NCBI RefSeq assembly: GCF_006345805.1
Contig: NC_043006.1
Span: 86,490,001 to 86,554,000, forward strand
DNA: 64,000 nucleotides
Direction of reading: 5' to 3'
Source of the DNA: Octopus sinensis
Taxonomy: Eukaryota
A program made the position numbers and the translations under genes. Below the pieces are notes generated by a model. It did no database searches. It saw only the letters and a program-made list of their open reading frames with translations, and had not been told where the DNA came from. Below, piece after piece: positions 37,731 through 52,539 of the stretch. How positions within the stretch are numbered: position 1 is the stretch's first letter; the number at the start of each line of letters is the position of its first letter.

Positions 37731-38601
37731 GTTGAGCACAAAGTGGTAATTTCTGAGTTTGGGTTATAATGAAATTAATGAGATACTTCTAAAAGTCCTT
37801 AGGTATGAAACAACACTACATATATTGGTCTGGTTACAGTCTTTCCTTAAGTCATCTGTATAGCCTAGTGCATTCTGAGAAAATTAGGTGTAGATAAATG
37901 GTTTGTAAGAGCTGTATAAGTGATGTACAAGAGTGTAGGGAAGGTAAGAGGAAGCAATGACTTTATATCAAGGTATCTGATATGAAAGTAGATGTCCAAC
38001 AAGACTTTGTCTTTAGCTTCTTTTTATTTAATAAAGTTCTTGAGACTTTACCAGAAGTGTTCATAATTGATGCATAATTAATTCAAAACAATGTGAATAA
38101 AAAAGCATTAAATTTGACAGAAAAATCTGAATGCTCAAGGGTTGAAGTTCTGTCTGAATACATATGAATGGTGTAGATAGGAACTGAATATTGTGTATAG
38201 GATGTAATGAATGAGTGCACAGCATACTTAAGAATCTTGGAGTTTGATGATTTATTTAACACATGAGGTGGCTGGAGTTAACAACACAGTAAGTGGAAAA
38301 GTGTAAGGAGTTAAATGTTGTTGTTCAGCCCTAGGTCAACTCTAATAGAACCATGGCCAGCTTATCTTTTTGAATGTCTTATGCCATGCAATGATTACAT
38401 GAAAATAGTGCATCTATGGATTATTTATGAGGAGGTTTTGAAAGAGCCAAAGCACATGGGGCTATGTATTTTGGAACCTTATGCATTGTACTTTTGCTGT
38501 GTTTGTTTAGCCTATGGTCAGTCCTTGATCAAATGCATTCCACCAATGATATTCTTGTCTTTTCTCTTTGACATTGTTATATCGCAATACTATACAGTGG
38601 C

Positions 38602-38767
38602 TGTGTGAGTTACGAAATCCTTGTCGCCACTGTTATGTCGCACGTTCGGATGCCTTCTACTCAACTCTCACCACTACTCTGCTACTCTCTCACGATGTCT
38701 AGACTTCTCCCTCTATATCTACGTATTGGGCTAGCCTACTTCGTCATCCGGGGGCGTCCACACAACA
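38602..38767. mobile_element. Possible solo LTR
   Basis: GC- and CpG-richer island bounded by TG...CA; no TSD seen. Confidence 0.3.
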
Positions 38768-40509
38768 GACATAGGCAATATTATCGAATGTCCTATGTTT
38801 TGAACAGTAGAGTGAAGTTTGAGAATGGTTTAGCTGCTGTTTTTATCCTGTCAAACAACCATATTGAAACTTCCAGTTGTGTCTGTTATCAATGAAAGAT
38901 TTCTCTCTTTGTGTAAAAGTTAGAAACAATATGAAGCATACATAAGAAGCATTGTATACAACAATAATGAGATATGGGCTCTGAATATGGATACGGTATA
39001 GAGCTTCTGGATATGGATAATGTATAGAGGTTAAAGTGAAATTGAAAGAGCATGACTTGGTTGATATGTAGCACTGATTCCTAACATAAGGCACAAAACC
39101 TCATATTTTAAAGGATACTTTCTTTACTCATTTAAGACCGACCCAAACTTTGGATTGGTACTCAATTCTATCTGCGCAAAAGTATGAAAGATCAAGAGGA
39201 TCTTAGTATTATTTGAAATCAGAAAGTACAGAGCAATGACAATATCTCACAAAGCATTTTGTTAGACAAATCGATTGGAAATGTTGATCCTGACTGGATG
39301 GAGAGAATGTGTGTTTAGCAGAGAAAATTGTGCTAGCATGGACATGTGATATGAAGTCTCAATGAGTACTGGATTAGAAGTTTATAATACAAAGAGAAGA
39401 CATGGGAAGAATGGTAATACTCAGCCTAAAAGAGATTTTGTCTGCTATTGTAATTCCATTTATGTTGAGAATGCTTAATGAGAATGCTAAATTGACCCCA
39501 GTCCTTGACCAATATTTTATCAAATTTATTTCTACTTGCAACTACACTATCACTAATATTTGCCCAGTCATAAGCAACTGTCTTACATAAGAACTTGTCA
39601 AGTACTTTAAAAGCCTGGAAAGGATAAAAGGTAAAGTTGACACCATGAGGAAAAATATAAAAAATGGATATTATGTTACATAGTCAACACTGCTGACAAA
39701 GAAAACAATGTTAAAATGATGATGATAATTGGTGTAAGAAGAGTGAAATAGCTTTTCCTCTTCTTCATGGAAAAACAATTTATTCCACTTCTGAACTATG
39801 TACACTCACTAATTGTGAATACAGACCATCACTAGTGCCTTTGGATCCTACTATTTGCTTTATTGTATATCAATAGTTAAAGAAACCAACTATATTAACA
39901 CAGAAATGATAAAGACAAAGGAGAAAGATGATATTTCCACTAATAATAAATATAGATTATGTGCTTTGAATGTGTTAGAAATACAGAAGAAAAACTATAA
40001 ATGGACTAGGAAAAGTTGAAAAAATAAGGGTGAGTTACAGAACAAGACCATCATTATTGTAGAGGATGGAAATTATAATTGACAGTGAGTTGTGTTAATG
40101 CTATCTAGAAATGTGATACAATTACACATCACTGACACTATTAATATCATATATGGTAGTGGTGCAGTTGCTGTGGAATATTTGGGTGCTTGATGTATAA
40201 CTGAAACAAAGAAATATTTTCACACAAAATCATGATAAAAAAGATGACAATGAAAATAGGGGAAGAGAGATTAAAAAGAAAAAAAACATCAGAATCATTA
40301 GCATTTAAATTGAAGTAAGGTGATTGTCAAAAGTCAGACCTTTGAATCTGTGATATGATCATTATGCTAATAATTACATGGTAATTAAGACTATTTAAGA
40401 TGTTCACCAGTTTAATGTTAAGGCTTGGTTATTCAGTTGATTAAGACTTCTGAACATAAAGCATCATGTGAGATTATTGTTTTTCAGAGATGAACTTAGT
40501 TCAATACAA

Positions 40510-41730
40510 CAATGACATCGCTAATTAACAATAACAAACTTCCACTTGATGACCCAGAAATATAGAAGTTTGGCTGTGATTCTTTACTGCTGTGACCAAA
40601 ATAAATCGTTTTCGATACTAATTAGAAAAAAAAGATACAGATTTATATTTTTATCAAAAATAAACATGGTGTTCATTATAAGTTTTGGTAATGGGGTAAC
40701 ATCTGGTATTTTAAACAAAGAATTTTGGTGGTATAAAATTTATAATAGTGACATGAGTTAGTTCCAAAATGAAATTCATAATTCCTGAAAGAGTTAGATA
40801 TTGTTATGACAACATCAATATTGGATTGAATCAATTCCAAATTATTCTAAGAAATTGGTTCTGTTCATTTTTGTCATTTTGATATAGATACTAGAAATAA
40901 TAGATGAAGTGCAGAAGGTGATGAAAATTTGGATAAAACTCATAGATGGCATGCAAACATTAGAGCATCATGTAAAAGCTTCAAAATATCTTCAGTTGGG
41001 TAATCCAAAACGTTATGCCTATGTCAAATACATTCAACAGTTTTAAATGATTTCTGAATCTCAAGTGTTTGGTGGAGATGTGAAGGTAATGTTGAGGATT
41101 TCCCTGTCGGATATTGATTGAAACACACAAAAAAATCTGATTTTATGTTGCTTCTCTGGATATAATTCTGCACCATCAAACTGACCAGCATTTGGTAAAA
41201 TTTGCTTCAAATATCGAAAAGAAAGATTTCTTTTTAGGTGGTTTGTAAATCCAAACAAATAGCTGAGGAAATTTAAAATGAATATTTGACTAGTTTTTAT
41301 ATAACCGGCATTAAAAAATAATGCAGAGGTCAATGTGAAACTCATTAATGTTAAGGTGTACATAGTGATAACAGTAGTCAGATAACTTGTCTTACCTGAT
41401 AATTTCTGGGCAGATTTGAATAAATGAAATTTAAGAAAATATGATCTCAAACTAAAACAATTTGATGGATTACACATTGAAATTTTAGGAAAGTTTGATG
41501 CATTAGTGGAAACCAATAAGAACATAGCATCATTCTTTCTGTCTGTTAAAAAGAAAATAATCATGGCTTGTTTGCAATAAATGTGAATGGATTATCATTA
41601 ATGTATGAGATAGAAATCCCAAGATATTTGTGGAGATTAAGAGATTTTAAGGCTACCATTCTTTTCAAAGGAAATACTAAGCCATGTTATTTTGAAGCCA
41701 GTCCATTACCAATATACTTTAAACTTGTTT
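40510..41730 (+). mobile_element. Highly decayed Gypsy gag-protease fragment
   Basis: Remnants PAFGKICFK (zinc knuckle region), DSSSQITCLPD (protease DSG-like), KQFDG..I.ILG, KPCYFEASPLP. Confidence 0.6.
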
Positions 41731-43317
41731 TTCTTATGGGACAGATTCAGGGTGGCAGCTGAGAGGATTGAAAGTGTGTATGTGGTGGTGGGGCAAATTG
41801 CCACAATTGATGAAATTAGATGCTTTTAAAACATTTTAACTCTTTTGATACCAACCCACCTGAGACCATCCCTGGTTCCATGAAACAAGTTTACTCTTTT
41901 AAAGTGATTTAAATTAAAACCTTCCATCAAAATTTCATGTTAATGTTATGTTCCAAACACCAGCTTGGTAATGGTTCCAAGTTTTGGCACAAAGCCAGCA
42001 ATTTCTCAGAAGGAGTAAGTTGATTACATTGATCCCAGAACTAGACTGGTACTTATTTTATTGGCCCTGAAAGGATAAAAGGCAAAGCTGACCTCATCAG
42101 AATTTGAACTCAGAACATAAAGACAGATGAAATGTTGCTAAGTATTTTTCCCAGTGTGCTAATGATTCTGTCAGCTCACTGCCTTCCCCAGCTTAATGAT
42201 AATAAAGTTCTTTTCCTAAATTCTTCATTATTTTCAAAATTAATTGAACAGAAGTATGGTAACAAGATGATTAAATTAATCTAACTCTATGGCAAATGAA
42301 GAAAACTTATATGAATGTAAACTCCATTTTCCTGAACAAAGAGAGACAAAAATTGCACAAACAATTTTGTATGTGCATGTGCATGTAGTAGAGGGCTGGC
42401 ATTTGTCATTTTGTGATGCATTCCATTAAACTGTTACCAGCTGCAAAACTGTGGAATCTATGTTGTTGGAAATGACAAGTTATCATTTATCATGATAACA
42501 TACATATCAGTGCCAAAATCATTGAAAAGTCTACACAGAGATCATAAAAAAGGTTGAAATGAGAATTAATGTGTCCAGGTGAGGATGAGAATCAGAATGA
42601 AATGTGTGAAGCTTTCTGGTTTCTACTAGAATAGAACCAAAATTGTGTCACACAGTATGTATGTGGCCTTAGGAAATTAAAGCATGGATAACATATCCAT
42701 ATATCACGAAATTAGAAAAGTTCTTCAAAACAGTTACAAATATCAGATATAGAGAAAAAGTACAGAAGCATGGAACAGTAACAAACAATTAATTCAGGTT
42801 CTGAATGCAAACATAAGGAATATGGATGGTAAGAACATAAAAATTTAAAAGTCAGAGTGTGTGTGTTTGTTAATTGGATCTCTCTTCTCTTTCTGCCTCT
42901 TTAAAGAAAACTGTGATTAAGAATATTTTGGTAAGAACTATGTTTTGTTTTTATGGATATCTGATTTTTCAATATCTCGTATGTCCTCAGTGTTGTCTGA
43001 AGGCATGAGAACCTTGGACAGCTGCCTAATTCTGATCTATGTATGCTGTTAATACATAAATACTATATGATGCAGTGCATTGATTTGCCTGGGGCCTATA
43101 ATGTTGTTAAAACATATTCTGTTTTTAGAACAATAGGGAAATTTGATTGCTATTTCTGATATGTCAGGTATCTGTAGAGGCTAAGGTGCTTTAGTTGTAG
43201 TTGTTTGCTTATATATACATGTTACAAGGTGTGAATGTGTGTATACACATGTGTGTTAATGGTGTGATAAGAAAATGAAAATCAGTCATTAAATCAAACA
43301 ATGCAGACAAGTTTTAC

Positions 43318-43422
43318 CTTTTATTGGAATATCGCCACATATCAAAGATTGCTTTTCCTTTATCCAGAGTTTCTGTGTGTTTCAAAATAATGGCACAACT
43401 TAAAACCGAAGATCGCAGCATT
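43318..43422 (-). CDS. M1 aminopeptidase exon (105 nt, phase 2 to 2): (K)MLRSSVLSCAIILKHTETLDKGKAIFDMWRYSNK(S)
   Basis: Acceptor tttcttcttgacttttacAG and donor GTaaaa; LRSxxLxxA...FxxW pattern; phases join both flanking exons. Confidence 0.88.
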
Positions 43423-43473
43423 CTGTAAAAGTCAAGAAGAAACATGATTACATAATAATTCTAAACTGAACAC

Positions 43474-43517
<44 letters not shown>

Positions 43518-43776
43518 TACACACGTATATGTGTGTATGTGTTTGCTTACATCAGCAGTCACTTATACAAAAGTGTGGCAGGTAATGTTGTTGTTAGTTT
43601 CTTCTGTCAACAAATTGTCTAGACACTGTGCCTTTGACGCTGTGTGGAATAAGAGATTCCTAACTTGATAAAAGGGTAAGGGGTTAGTGTCATATTCACC
43701 CAACCCATGCAAGCATAGAAAAATGGACATAAAAATGATCAAACAATACAGATAGATAAATAGATATTTTGTTCAC

Positions 43777-46603
43777 TGTTGTAAGGAATAAGTAATAATG
43801 GTACCCACCTCGCATGTGACGAATGGAAATAACCTAGTAAAGTGAAGTACATGATGTACCAGAGCACATAGTAATTATTTGAGATAGTCATGTCTTTACT
43901 GGTTTTACTAAGTATACTGTATACCAAAGTGGGCTTTATAACAACTCGACATTATAAGGATTATAACAGTGGCAACAAGGATTTAAACAACTCTCAAGGA
44001 ATTAATAAACTTGACAAGGAATTAACAACTCATGAAGAATTAACAACTCATGGGGAGGTAACAAACTTACAAAAGTTTTGTTGCGTGAATTATACAAAAA
44101 AAAACCCCTTAAAATTATGGAAAATTTGCTTGAGTTGCAAAAACAGCAACTGAAAGAACAACAGCAGCAGCTACAGCTGCAAGAACAACAACAGAATCAA
44201 CAACAACAACAAATGATATTACAGCCACAAGTACTGCAAGAGCTCAAATACGAACCACATAAAGGAGTTACCTTCGAAGCATAGTACAGAAGATATGAGC
44301 AAATCTTCAAGAAAGAAAGTAAAAACTAGGACGATGAAATGAAAATGCATTCAATCTTGAGAAAACTGATGGCAAGAGAACATGAATGATACAGTAAATA
44401 TGTACTCTCTAGAAAACCTTCGATCATAAACCTTAATGACACAATAGATATATTGTGTAAAATTCTCAGTGGAAAAAGCTCACTGTTCAACACACGTTGA
44501 AAGTGTCTGAGCACAGAAAAACAAAGACGAGGTATACATCACATATGCTGGTAGAGAAAGCAGGGGATGTGAGAAGTTTAAGCTGGATAAATTAACGCCA
44601 GGTATGTTCAAATGCTTGATTTTTACACAGTGACTTACTGCCCTAAAGGACACAGAAGTTAGAACTTGAGTTCTTGCAAAGCTGGAACAAAACCAGGAGG
44701 TAACCCTACAACAAGAATCAGAAGAATGTGAAAGGATAATCAGATTAAGACAGAACACAGAGGAAATCGAATGGAAAGATTGTTTTCAAGTAAAACAAGT
44801 GCAAAATAGTCAGAATAGAGATAAAGTGTTTTCTAAAAAACATGACAAAAATCAGGAAATATACCCATGTTTTGCATGTGGTGGTATACACCTGAGGAAA
44901 AATTGTCCATTTAAGAAAGTGGAGTGCTTTCATTGTGGTAATATCGGACATATAATGATGCACTGTAGAATGAAGATGACAAAATGTCAGAACAAAGGAA
45001 AAAGAATAAATAGCATGTCATTGGAAGAAGTTGATAATAAAACGATGAGGAAAGCCATGAAGGTGAAAATCAAAATTACAAGTACTAAAATGCAGTTAGA
45101 CACTGGTAGTGATATCACCATTATAAACAAAAAAAACTTGGAAATATGTTGGTAAGCCAAAATTAATTAAATCAAGAAAGGGAGCACATGGTGTTATGGG
45201 AAAAAGATTATATTTTTTGCTGAATTTGTATGTAATGTAACATTTTGAGGTCAAACAAAAAAAGGCAAAGATGTGTATTAAAAAGTTCACTTAATTTATT
45301 CAGCCCAGAATGGATGGAACTATTCAAAGTATGGAATACATCCATAAGTGTTTTGTGTGGAAATATAGTTGGTTGAGTTATAAGTTCAAATGCAGCTGAG
45401 AGACTGAAACAAAAAATTGCAGTAAAACAGAGTGGAATACTTATATATAAACCAAAATGAAATGAAAATTTTCCCATGATAAAAAGTAAACATTATTGAA
45501 GAGTAGATGTTCCATGGTTGAGGCTACACATCGATTTTGCTAGTCCTTTCAATGGTTCTTACTACATAGTGGTAGTTGATAGTTTCTCAAAATAACCAGA
45601 AATTTGTAAGTGTAAAAAACCAACCTCCTCAGCTGTGATAAATTTTTTATATGAATTGTTTGCGAGACAATTTGTGACTAGCGAATTAAAAAAATTTTCT
45701 GAAACGCTTGTGGTAGAACATAACTACAGCCCAATACCATCCCAGATCTAATGGACAGGCAGAATGCTTTGTCGGTACATTGAAAAGAGCCCTTAGAAAA
45801 TCAAATAAGGAAGTCACAGATGAGGTAGCTCTACAACAATTTTCAAGAGTGTACCATGTGACACCAAATCTGAATACACCAGCAGGTAGCTCACCAGCAG
45901 AGCTGATGTTTGCAAGGAAAGTAAAATCAGTCTTTGATAAACTGCTACCTGGCAAGAAAAGAAAAAGCGCCTGAGAAGACATAGCAAGACTCTTTAAAAG
46001 TGAAAAGATGCTCATGAGGGCATACAAGAATGGAAAGCAGAGTCGGGAAGATGGTGTAATTACCAAATGCATAGGTAAAATGGTGTATTAGGTAAAAAGT
46101 AGAAAAGGCATACAAAAGAGACACAGGAATCAACTGAAAAAGAGATTTGTGGAAAGCAAACCAAAAAAGGAGGAACCGATGGAATGGTTGTACAATACGT
46201 TCCAAGTACTAATGTCTCTGCAGGTTATTGAGCCCAGGCATACAAGTGAGAAGAAAAGAAAACATATAGAGTTCTTGAAAATAGATGTCAAGTGCAAAAA
46301 ATATTAAATTGTATAAAAACAAAAAAACTCAAAAAAGAAAGGTGAATAAAAGAAATTATTGCTAAATAAAATGACACTTCCTAAGAAAAATTTAAAAGAG
46401 ATGTTGTAGGGAATTAGAAATAATGGTACACCCCTCCCACATGACAAATGGAATGATCTAGTCACTGTAAGTAAAGAGAAGTACACGAAGTTCCAGTGTA
46501 CATAGAAGGTGGTCAGAGATAGTTGTGTCTTTACTGGTTTTATTAAGTATACAGTATACCAAAGTAGGTGTTGTAACAATCCAACATTTTAAGGATCATA
46601 ACA
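43777..46603 (+). mobile_element. Internally deleted Gypsy/Ty3 LTR retrotransposon (LTR-gag-protease-integrase-LTR; RT and RNase H missing)
   Basis: LTRs 43777-43968 and 46402-46603 (TG...CA, diverged); PBS-like tggcaacaagg; purine tract before the 3' LTR; imperfect 5-bp TSD ttcac/gtcac; polyQ gag, two CCHC-type knuckles, LDTGS (45099-45107), PWLRLHIDFA and SNGQAE integrase motifs. Confidence 0.9.
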
Positions 46604-46724
46604 GTCACATATAGCAATCATCATCCACATTATCATAAATAAATTCTACCTCATGTATTGAGTACTCTGTCTTGTGTCTGTCCTTCAAAATGTATATACA
46701 AATAGAGACACATATGCACACACA

Positions 46725-47228
46725 CATATACAAAAGTCACACACTATAGGAGTTAATTAACTAGTAATGTTTTAAATGTCTAATTTGTTCTATTTTTTTT
46801 ATTTGCAGAAGCAATTTTGATGAAGTAAGATGGGTGTAAAACTAACGAAGGATGAACAAGTTACCTTAGTGTTCATGTATGGGAAAGCAGGTGCTACTCA
46901 CAGACCTGTTGCAGAGGAATTCAACGGGGAGAATCCACACTGACTTCCAATTGGTAAGTCAACTGTTAGATGTTTAATCAATCGTTTTAAACAAACTAGT
47001 AGTGTGACTGGCCACCCTCAAAGTGGCATACCGAAAAGTGCAGTCAATCCAACATCAATGGTAGTTAATGAATCATGCACGCACAGAATTAAAATGTGTT
47101 ATGAAAAGGAAGTGGGGCATTTTGAACAGCACATATAACAATTAAATAGCTAGCAAATAGAATTTTCATGTGTAATTATACATTTAATAAATTGTCTGTA
47201 CAGTGCGTGACTTTTACCTCATCCTGTA
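46725..47228 (+). mobile_element. Short deletion derivative of a Tc1/mariner-superfamily transposon
   Basis: MGVKLTKDEQVTLVFMYG...STVRCLINRFKQTSSV HTH joined to a C-terminal GHFEQHI; right TIR gtgacttttacctcatcctgta. Confidence 0.65.
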
Positions 47229-49823
47229 TGTGTTTATAGACACAGACCTTACCATTTGGTTCCATGAATGAAGTCAATTGCAAGAATTCAGTCCAAGTTG
47301 CTGGTTTGAGAATAATTTCCACAAACTCTCTCTCTCTCTCTCTCTTTCTCACATACATACATACATATATGTATGTGTGTGTATGTACCTGTGTGTAAAG
47401 GCTTGTGGCCCTGTGGTTAAGGTGTTGGGCTCATAATCATAAGCTCGTGGGTTTCAATCCTGGGCTAAGCAACATGTCTCCATGTTCCTCTAGTCTACTC
47501 AGCTGTAACGAATACCAGCTGGTGGTGCAATCCACCTCTCACTCCCTCCCCCCAGTTGTCACATTTTCAATGCGCTGCTGGGTCAACTATATGAGGGTTA
47601 AGAGTGTGTCTGTTTGTGAATATATACACACCTAAAATTATCAGCAAAAGTGCAATACATGCTACAAGATCATACCTGCTTGTGAGTGATACCTATGGTT
47701 TATAACTATCTGTATTTATACACACACACACGCACCTATACATGTAAGTTCTCTGTAGTAATTACTGTGAAATTCAAATAAACTAAAAAAAAGACTACAC
47801 CCTCACTCACAAATATCATTTTATATAGCTTTGGGTCAATCCATATCTGTTGGTTCCCCATATAATTTCCATTTCATTTCTATAGTTTCCATTCAGTTAA
47901 TGGAATTTGTATCAAAGCCCATTGGTTGGATTTTATACACCATGACAAGCTGATTATACCAGAGAAATCGCATTAAGTGTACACGTTTGTGGAATGCTTA
48001 ACCTCTTATTTGCTAATTCCTGAGCAGTTAATTCACCATAAAATAAGAATGGGAATAGGAGAGACCAGAGTATTTTGTTTTGTTGATCAATCTTTGATCT
48101 GGTTTTCATAAAACCTAGATCTATGAAAATCTAGATATTAATGATTGTGCTCAATTTTGAGAGTAATTTATAGAACAAACACTAAGCCAGGTAGGAATTG
48201 AACCCAGAATCCTGAGTTAAGGAGATACTCAAAAGCCTTAACCAAATTCTGAACTGATTCCATTCCATCTACAAACAATACTTTCCCTTCTTACTATAAT
48301 AATCCCCTCCTCCCACAAATCTTACTCCTTACAATTTCCATTTGATGATAGTCAATCTACAATGAAATACAAGCACTAAGAGTGAGCTGAATGTATAGTA
48401 TGCAAATGAGAGTGGTATGTCTGTGTGCGTGTACACCCACACACATACACACAGATATCAATGTTCATTGAACAACAGGAAATAAAATTTTTCTTACTCT
48501 TTACAAATGATAAATAATTATCTAACAAATATCTTATTTTGTCTATCAAATTTCTTTTGTGTTCTTGTTTATTTATAAAATGTACTTCCTTTTGAAGAGG
48601 TTAGTTTATTACTTTATTCCTACAAAAGGTGTGTTTATACAAACTGTAGACAGCTGTCTAATTGCTATTGTCTATTTAACAACTTCTTCAAAACTGACTA
48701 AAACTGGCTTCGAACTTTTTATATCTAAAGGTCAATAACAAAAGCACCAGCAATATACCCCACCACTACATTCTATTGATGTCACTGAACTCATTTGTTT
48801 ATACCTTTTACGTTTGTTTTTCTATACTGGCATATGTTGATGGGTATTTATTTGAAGCAATATCTTTACAGTTTTATGTTCTTGTCACCAATTCTTAAAT
48901 GTTTTCCAAATTACAGATCTTCTTATTCCTCTACTTTGAACTCTCAGGCATACAACTGAGCATCTCACTTAAGTTGTTCTTGTCATGCATTCATTACTAC
49001 CCCTCATCTCCCTATCACTGACTTCTCCATTACTCTTCTGGGTTCTTCATTATTCTGCAGCTACGTTTAAATGAGAGCTATATATTTCGTCTCCTTTTTG
49101 AACCACCAGTCATCTCTCCCTCTTTCCTATTCTAATTCTCATTGACACCTCCACTTTTGTTTGTTATTCCTTCATTCACTCTTATATACCTCTTACTTCC
49201 TCCATCCTTATCACTATCATCCCTAACATTCTTGCAGCCTCCACCCATCTATAATCTCCTTACTGCTCATCCTTGCCTGTTCTATAACTTCATTATTATT
49301 CTGCTGTACTGCACCCTTTCTGTAATACTAATTATATCACCTCTTCTCCGTGAAGCACATCATGCTTGCACCTACCTAAAATACTGCATTTAGATTAAAT
49401 GTATATTTAAAATGGTTTGTCCTCTTTGTTCTCATAATGTCCACTTCATGTTGCAAGAATAATTTAAATGTGTCTACTGCACATCATATTGCTGCTCTTC
49501 TTAGTCATTTATCATTTCTGTGAAGTCTGATGTTTTAAGATTTATCTCTCCACTTCTTTATATCTCTCCACTTCTTTCCATGTTTACCTAAGTGTTTGTT
49601 TTCAACAGGAATACCATCCCAACAATATGCAGCACTTTATCAATCAGCATCCATTCTTATTTATATCCCATTTCTATAACAGTTCGGCTGTTTTAGCAGT
49701 GTGTATGGGCTAATGCCAATAAAATCCAGTCACACTTGGCTAATTTGTGATTCATATTTCACATTAGATGCCCATTTTCCTTCTAACATTGTCACAATTC
49801 TTAAGAATTCTTCATGTAATGAC

Positions 49824-50176
49824 TGTATTGAAAGTAATGCAAAAATGAGTATGACTTTTCATTAACTGATATAGGTTGTTCAGTTTGCACAAAATGGTAG
49901 TATAACTCTTCCTCTGTAGTAAGTCTCCTTCATTATTCTCCAATGCAGTAACAATGATTCCATGATGCAAACAAGGTAATAGAGGCAGTAAAGACTGGAT
50001 ACAACAGTGCAAACCTGAGATTTCTGAAGAGGATTCAGGAATGGAATTCAGCAATGCATTGCTGTTTGACTGTACTTTTGCATGGAGGAAGAGTTACTCT
50101 ACTATAATGTGCCCTTTGAATACTCTGTGGCAGTTAATGAAAAAGTTATGCCCACTTTTGAATTACTTTCAGTATA
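49824..50176. mobile_element. Old mariner-type MITE with long diverged TIRs
   Basis: About 90-bp inverted similarity: gaaagtaatgcaaaaatgagtatgacttttcattaactg versus cagttaatgaaaaagttatgcccacttttgaattactttc. Confidence 0.6.
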
Positions 50177-51984
50177 ATCTTCACACTATCAGCTTTTACA
50201 ACACGAAGCCACTTGAAAGATTTAATACTGAGAATACAAAACTTGTTTTTTGTGGACTCTTAATATTATTTAGACATTTCTTAAATATTTATTGTTCTAT
50301 GTGAATGGAAGTTGAGATTTATTTCAACACACTCAATACTGCAAAAATATATTTCTATAAATTTGACTGAAAATAAAGACAGTAAGTATATCTAAAATAT
50401 CCGACACATGTAGCATAAGTATTTTGGGGGTGACAAATGGATTGTTATCAAACAAAAGAGGTTTGCTGACAGCAATTTTTTTCTTTTGATTCTCAGTTCA
50501 AAGAACAATATGGAGGAGAGAAAGGGAAGATAGCATAGTATATATTTATATTTTAATTTTTAGAAGATAGAAAAAAATTCAGTGACCATTACATGGCTTG
50601 AAAGAGTTTCCTTGTCAGTTTATTGATATAAATTTTCCATCTTAGATGTTTATTGAGATAAAGTGGTGTAGCATTTTGTTGATTATTTAGCCATTAGCCT
50701 TTCACTGTCAGTTTCTGTATTTAGACTGTAGTCAATAAATTAATTAGGATAAAAGTTTATGATTATTTTGCTTTTTTATCAATGTGTGGTAATCTATTAG
50801 CTTTTTGCCAGTTTTAATGAGACAGGAGGTTATATTTCATTTGTTTTCTTCAACATGTTTTTAATGATTTATAAATTTTTAATTGGCTTGCATCATTAAC
50901 AAATTAATAAACTATTGAATTTTTTGCAGCTATTTGAAGTACAGATTCTGACTATGAGCATTTATAGTTTATTTGATATATGTTTCTGCTACATTCTGAA
51001 ATTTAAAATTGACGTAGATGAAGGTATGACTGTGTGGTTAAGAAGCTTGCTTCATATCCACATGGTTTTGGGTTCAATACTGGGTTAGTCAATAACTTTT
51101 GTGTGCAATTTGCACACAGAACTGTATGGATGCCTGGTGGGCACATGTGTGTGTGTGTGTGTGTGTGTGTGGTGCATACACATACATACTTTTGACATCC
51201 ACTTTTCCATGCTATCACAGGTCAGACAAAATTCATTGAAGCAAATTTTCTATGGTCAAATGTCCTTACTGTTACTCTTAACCCAGTACGATAATATTTC
51301 TTCATGGTCAGATAAGTGTTTATAGGAAACTGGAAATGATGGATATCACTTGTGACACTCATTTACAACTATCATGTGATGCCAAAACAAGGAGACAAAC
51401 ACACATACAGAGACACACATATTTATGATGGGCTTCTTTCAGTTTCTGTAAACTAAATCCACTCACAAGGCTTTGGTTTGCCAGAAGTTCTTGTAGAAAC
51501 ACTTATCTAAGTTATTATTATGCTGTAGAACTGAACCCAAAACAAACTCCTTAACTATATAGTCATGCCTGTGTTTTTGTGACCATTCATGTGCAGACCT
51601 ATACACACATACACACACATTAACGTGTGTGAATGCTGACATTCTACAGCTTTGATTTCTGCTAGAATTAAACACTGGTATATTGTTTACATTCCTTGTT
51701 GACACTGTAACTAGCTGCTCTTGGTGGAATTTCCCTTGACATGGAGAAGAGTGGCTTTGTATATTTAGCTTACTGTTGTCTTCCTCAAAAAAAAATCTTG
51801 TTCAGAGCTGCACATACATGTTATATGATCTATGGTCATTACTGAGTGACAGAAGCACCTAATCCAACAACAAAGCATTGAGGGAACATTTTTGCACAGT
51901 TGCTTATCCTACTCAAGGCTATTGCTATATTCTCTTTAACAAAGTGCACACCATTTAAAAATAATAACTAAACCATGTTAACTA

Positions 51985-52395
51985 CATCATCATCATCGTT
52001 TAACGTCCGCTTTCCATGCTAGCATGGGTTGGACGGTTCAACTGGGGTCTGGGAAACCAGAAGGCTGCACCAAGCCCAGTCTGATCTGGCAGTGTTTCTA
52101 CAGCTGGATGCCCTTCCTAACGCCAACCACTCCGTGAGTGTAGTGGGTGCTTTTTATGTGCCACCTACACAGGTGCCAGACGAGCCTGGCAAACGGTCAC
52201 GATTCTGATGGTGCTTATTATGTGCCATCGGCACAGTGGCCAGTCAGGGCGGTGCTGGCTACGGCCACGTTCGGATGGTTCTCTTACGTGCCACCGGCAT
52301 CACAGCTACAAATTCCATTGATGTTGATCGATTATGATTTTGATTTTCACTTGCCTCAACAGGTCTTCACAAGTGGAGTTTTGTGCTCCAATATG
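51985..52395 (-). mobile_element. RTE LINE 3' UTR fragment
   Basis: Same family as 15955-16350 and 21440-22050. Confidence 0.85.
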
Positions 52396-52539
52396 ATAAA
52401 TGAATCTTTTTGTTGTAAGAAATAAATATCTATTAATTAGTATTATTAAACTGTTAAATCATAGCTATCTGTTGCATGTGCTGATATGCTGTCTCCTGCA
52501 AGATTGTCACACGTGAGCTTTACTCTTACTCAACACAGC

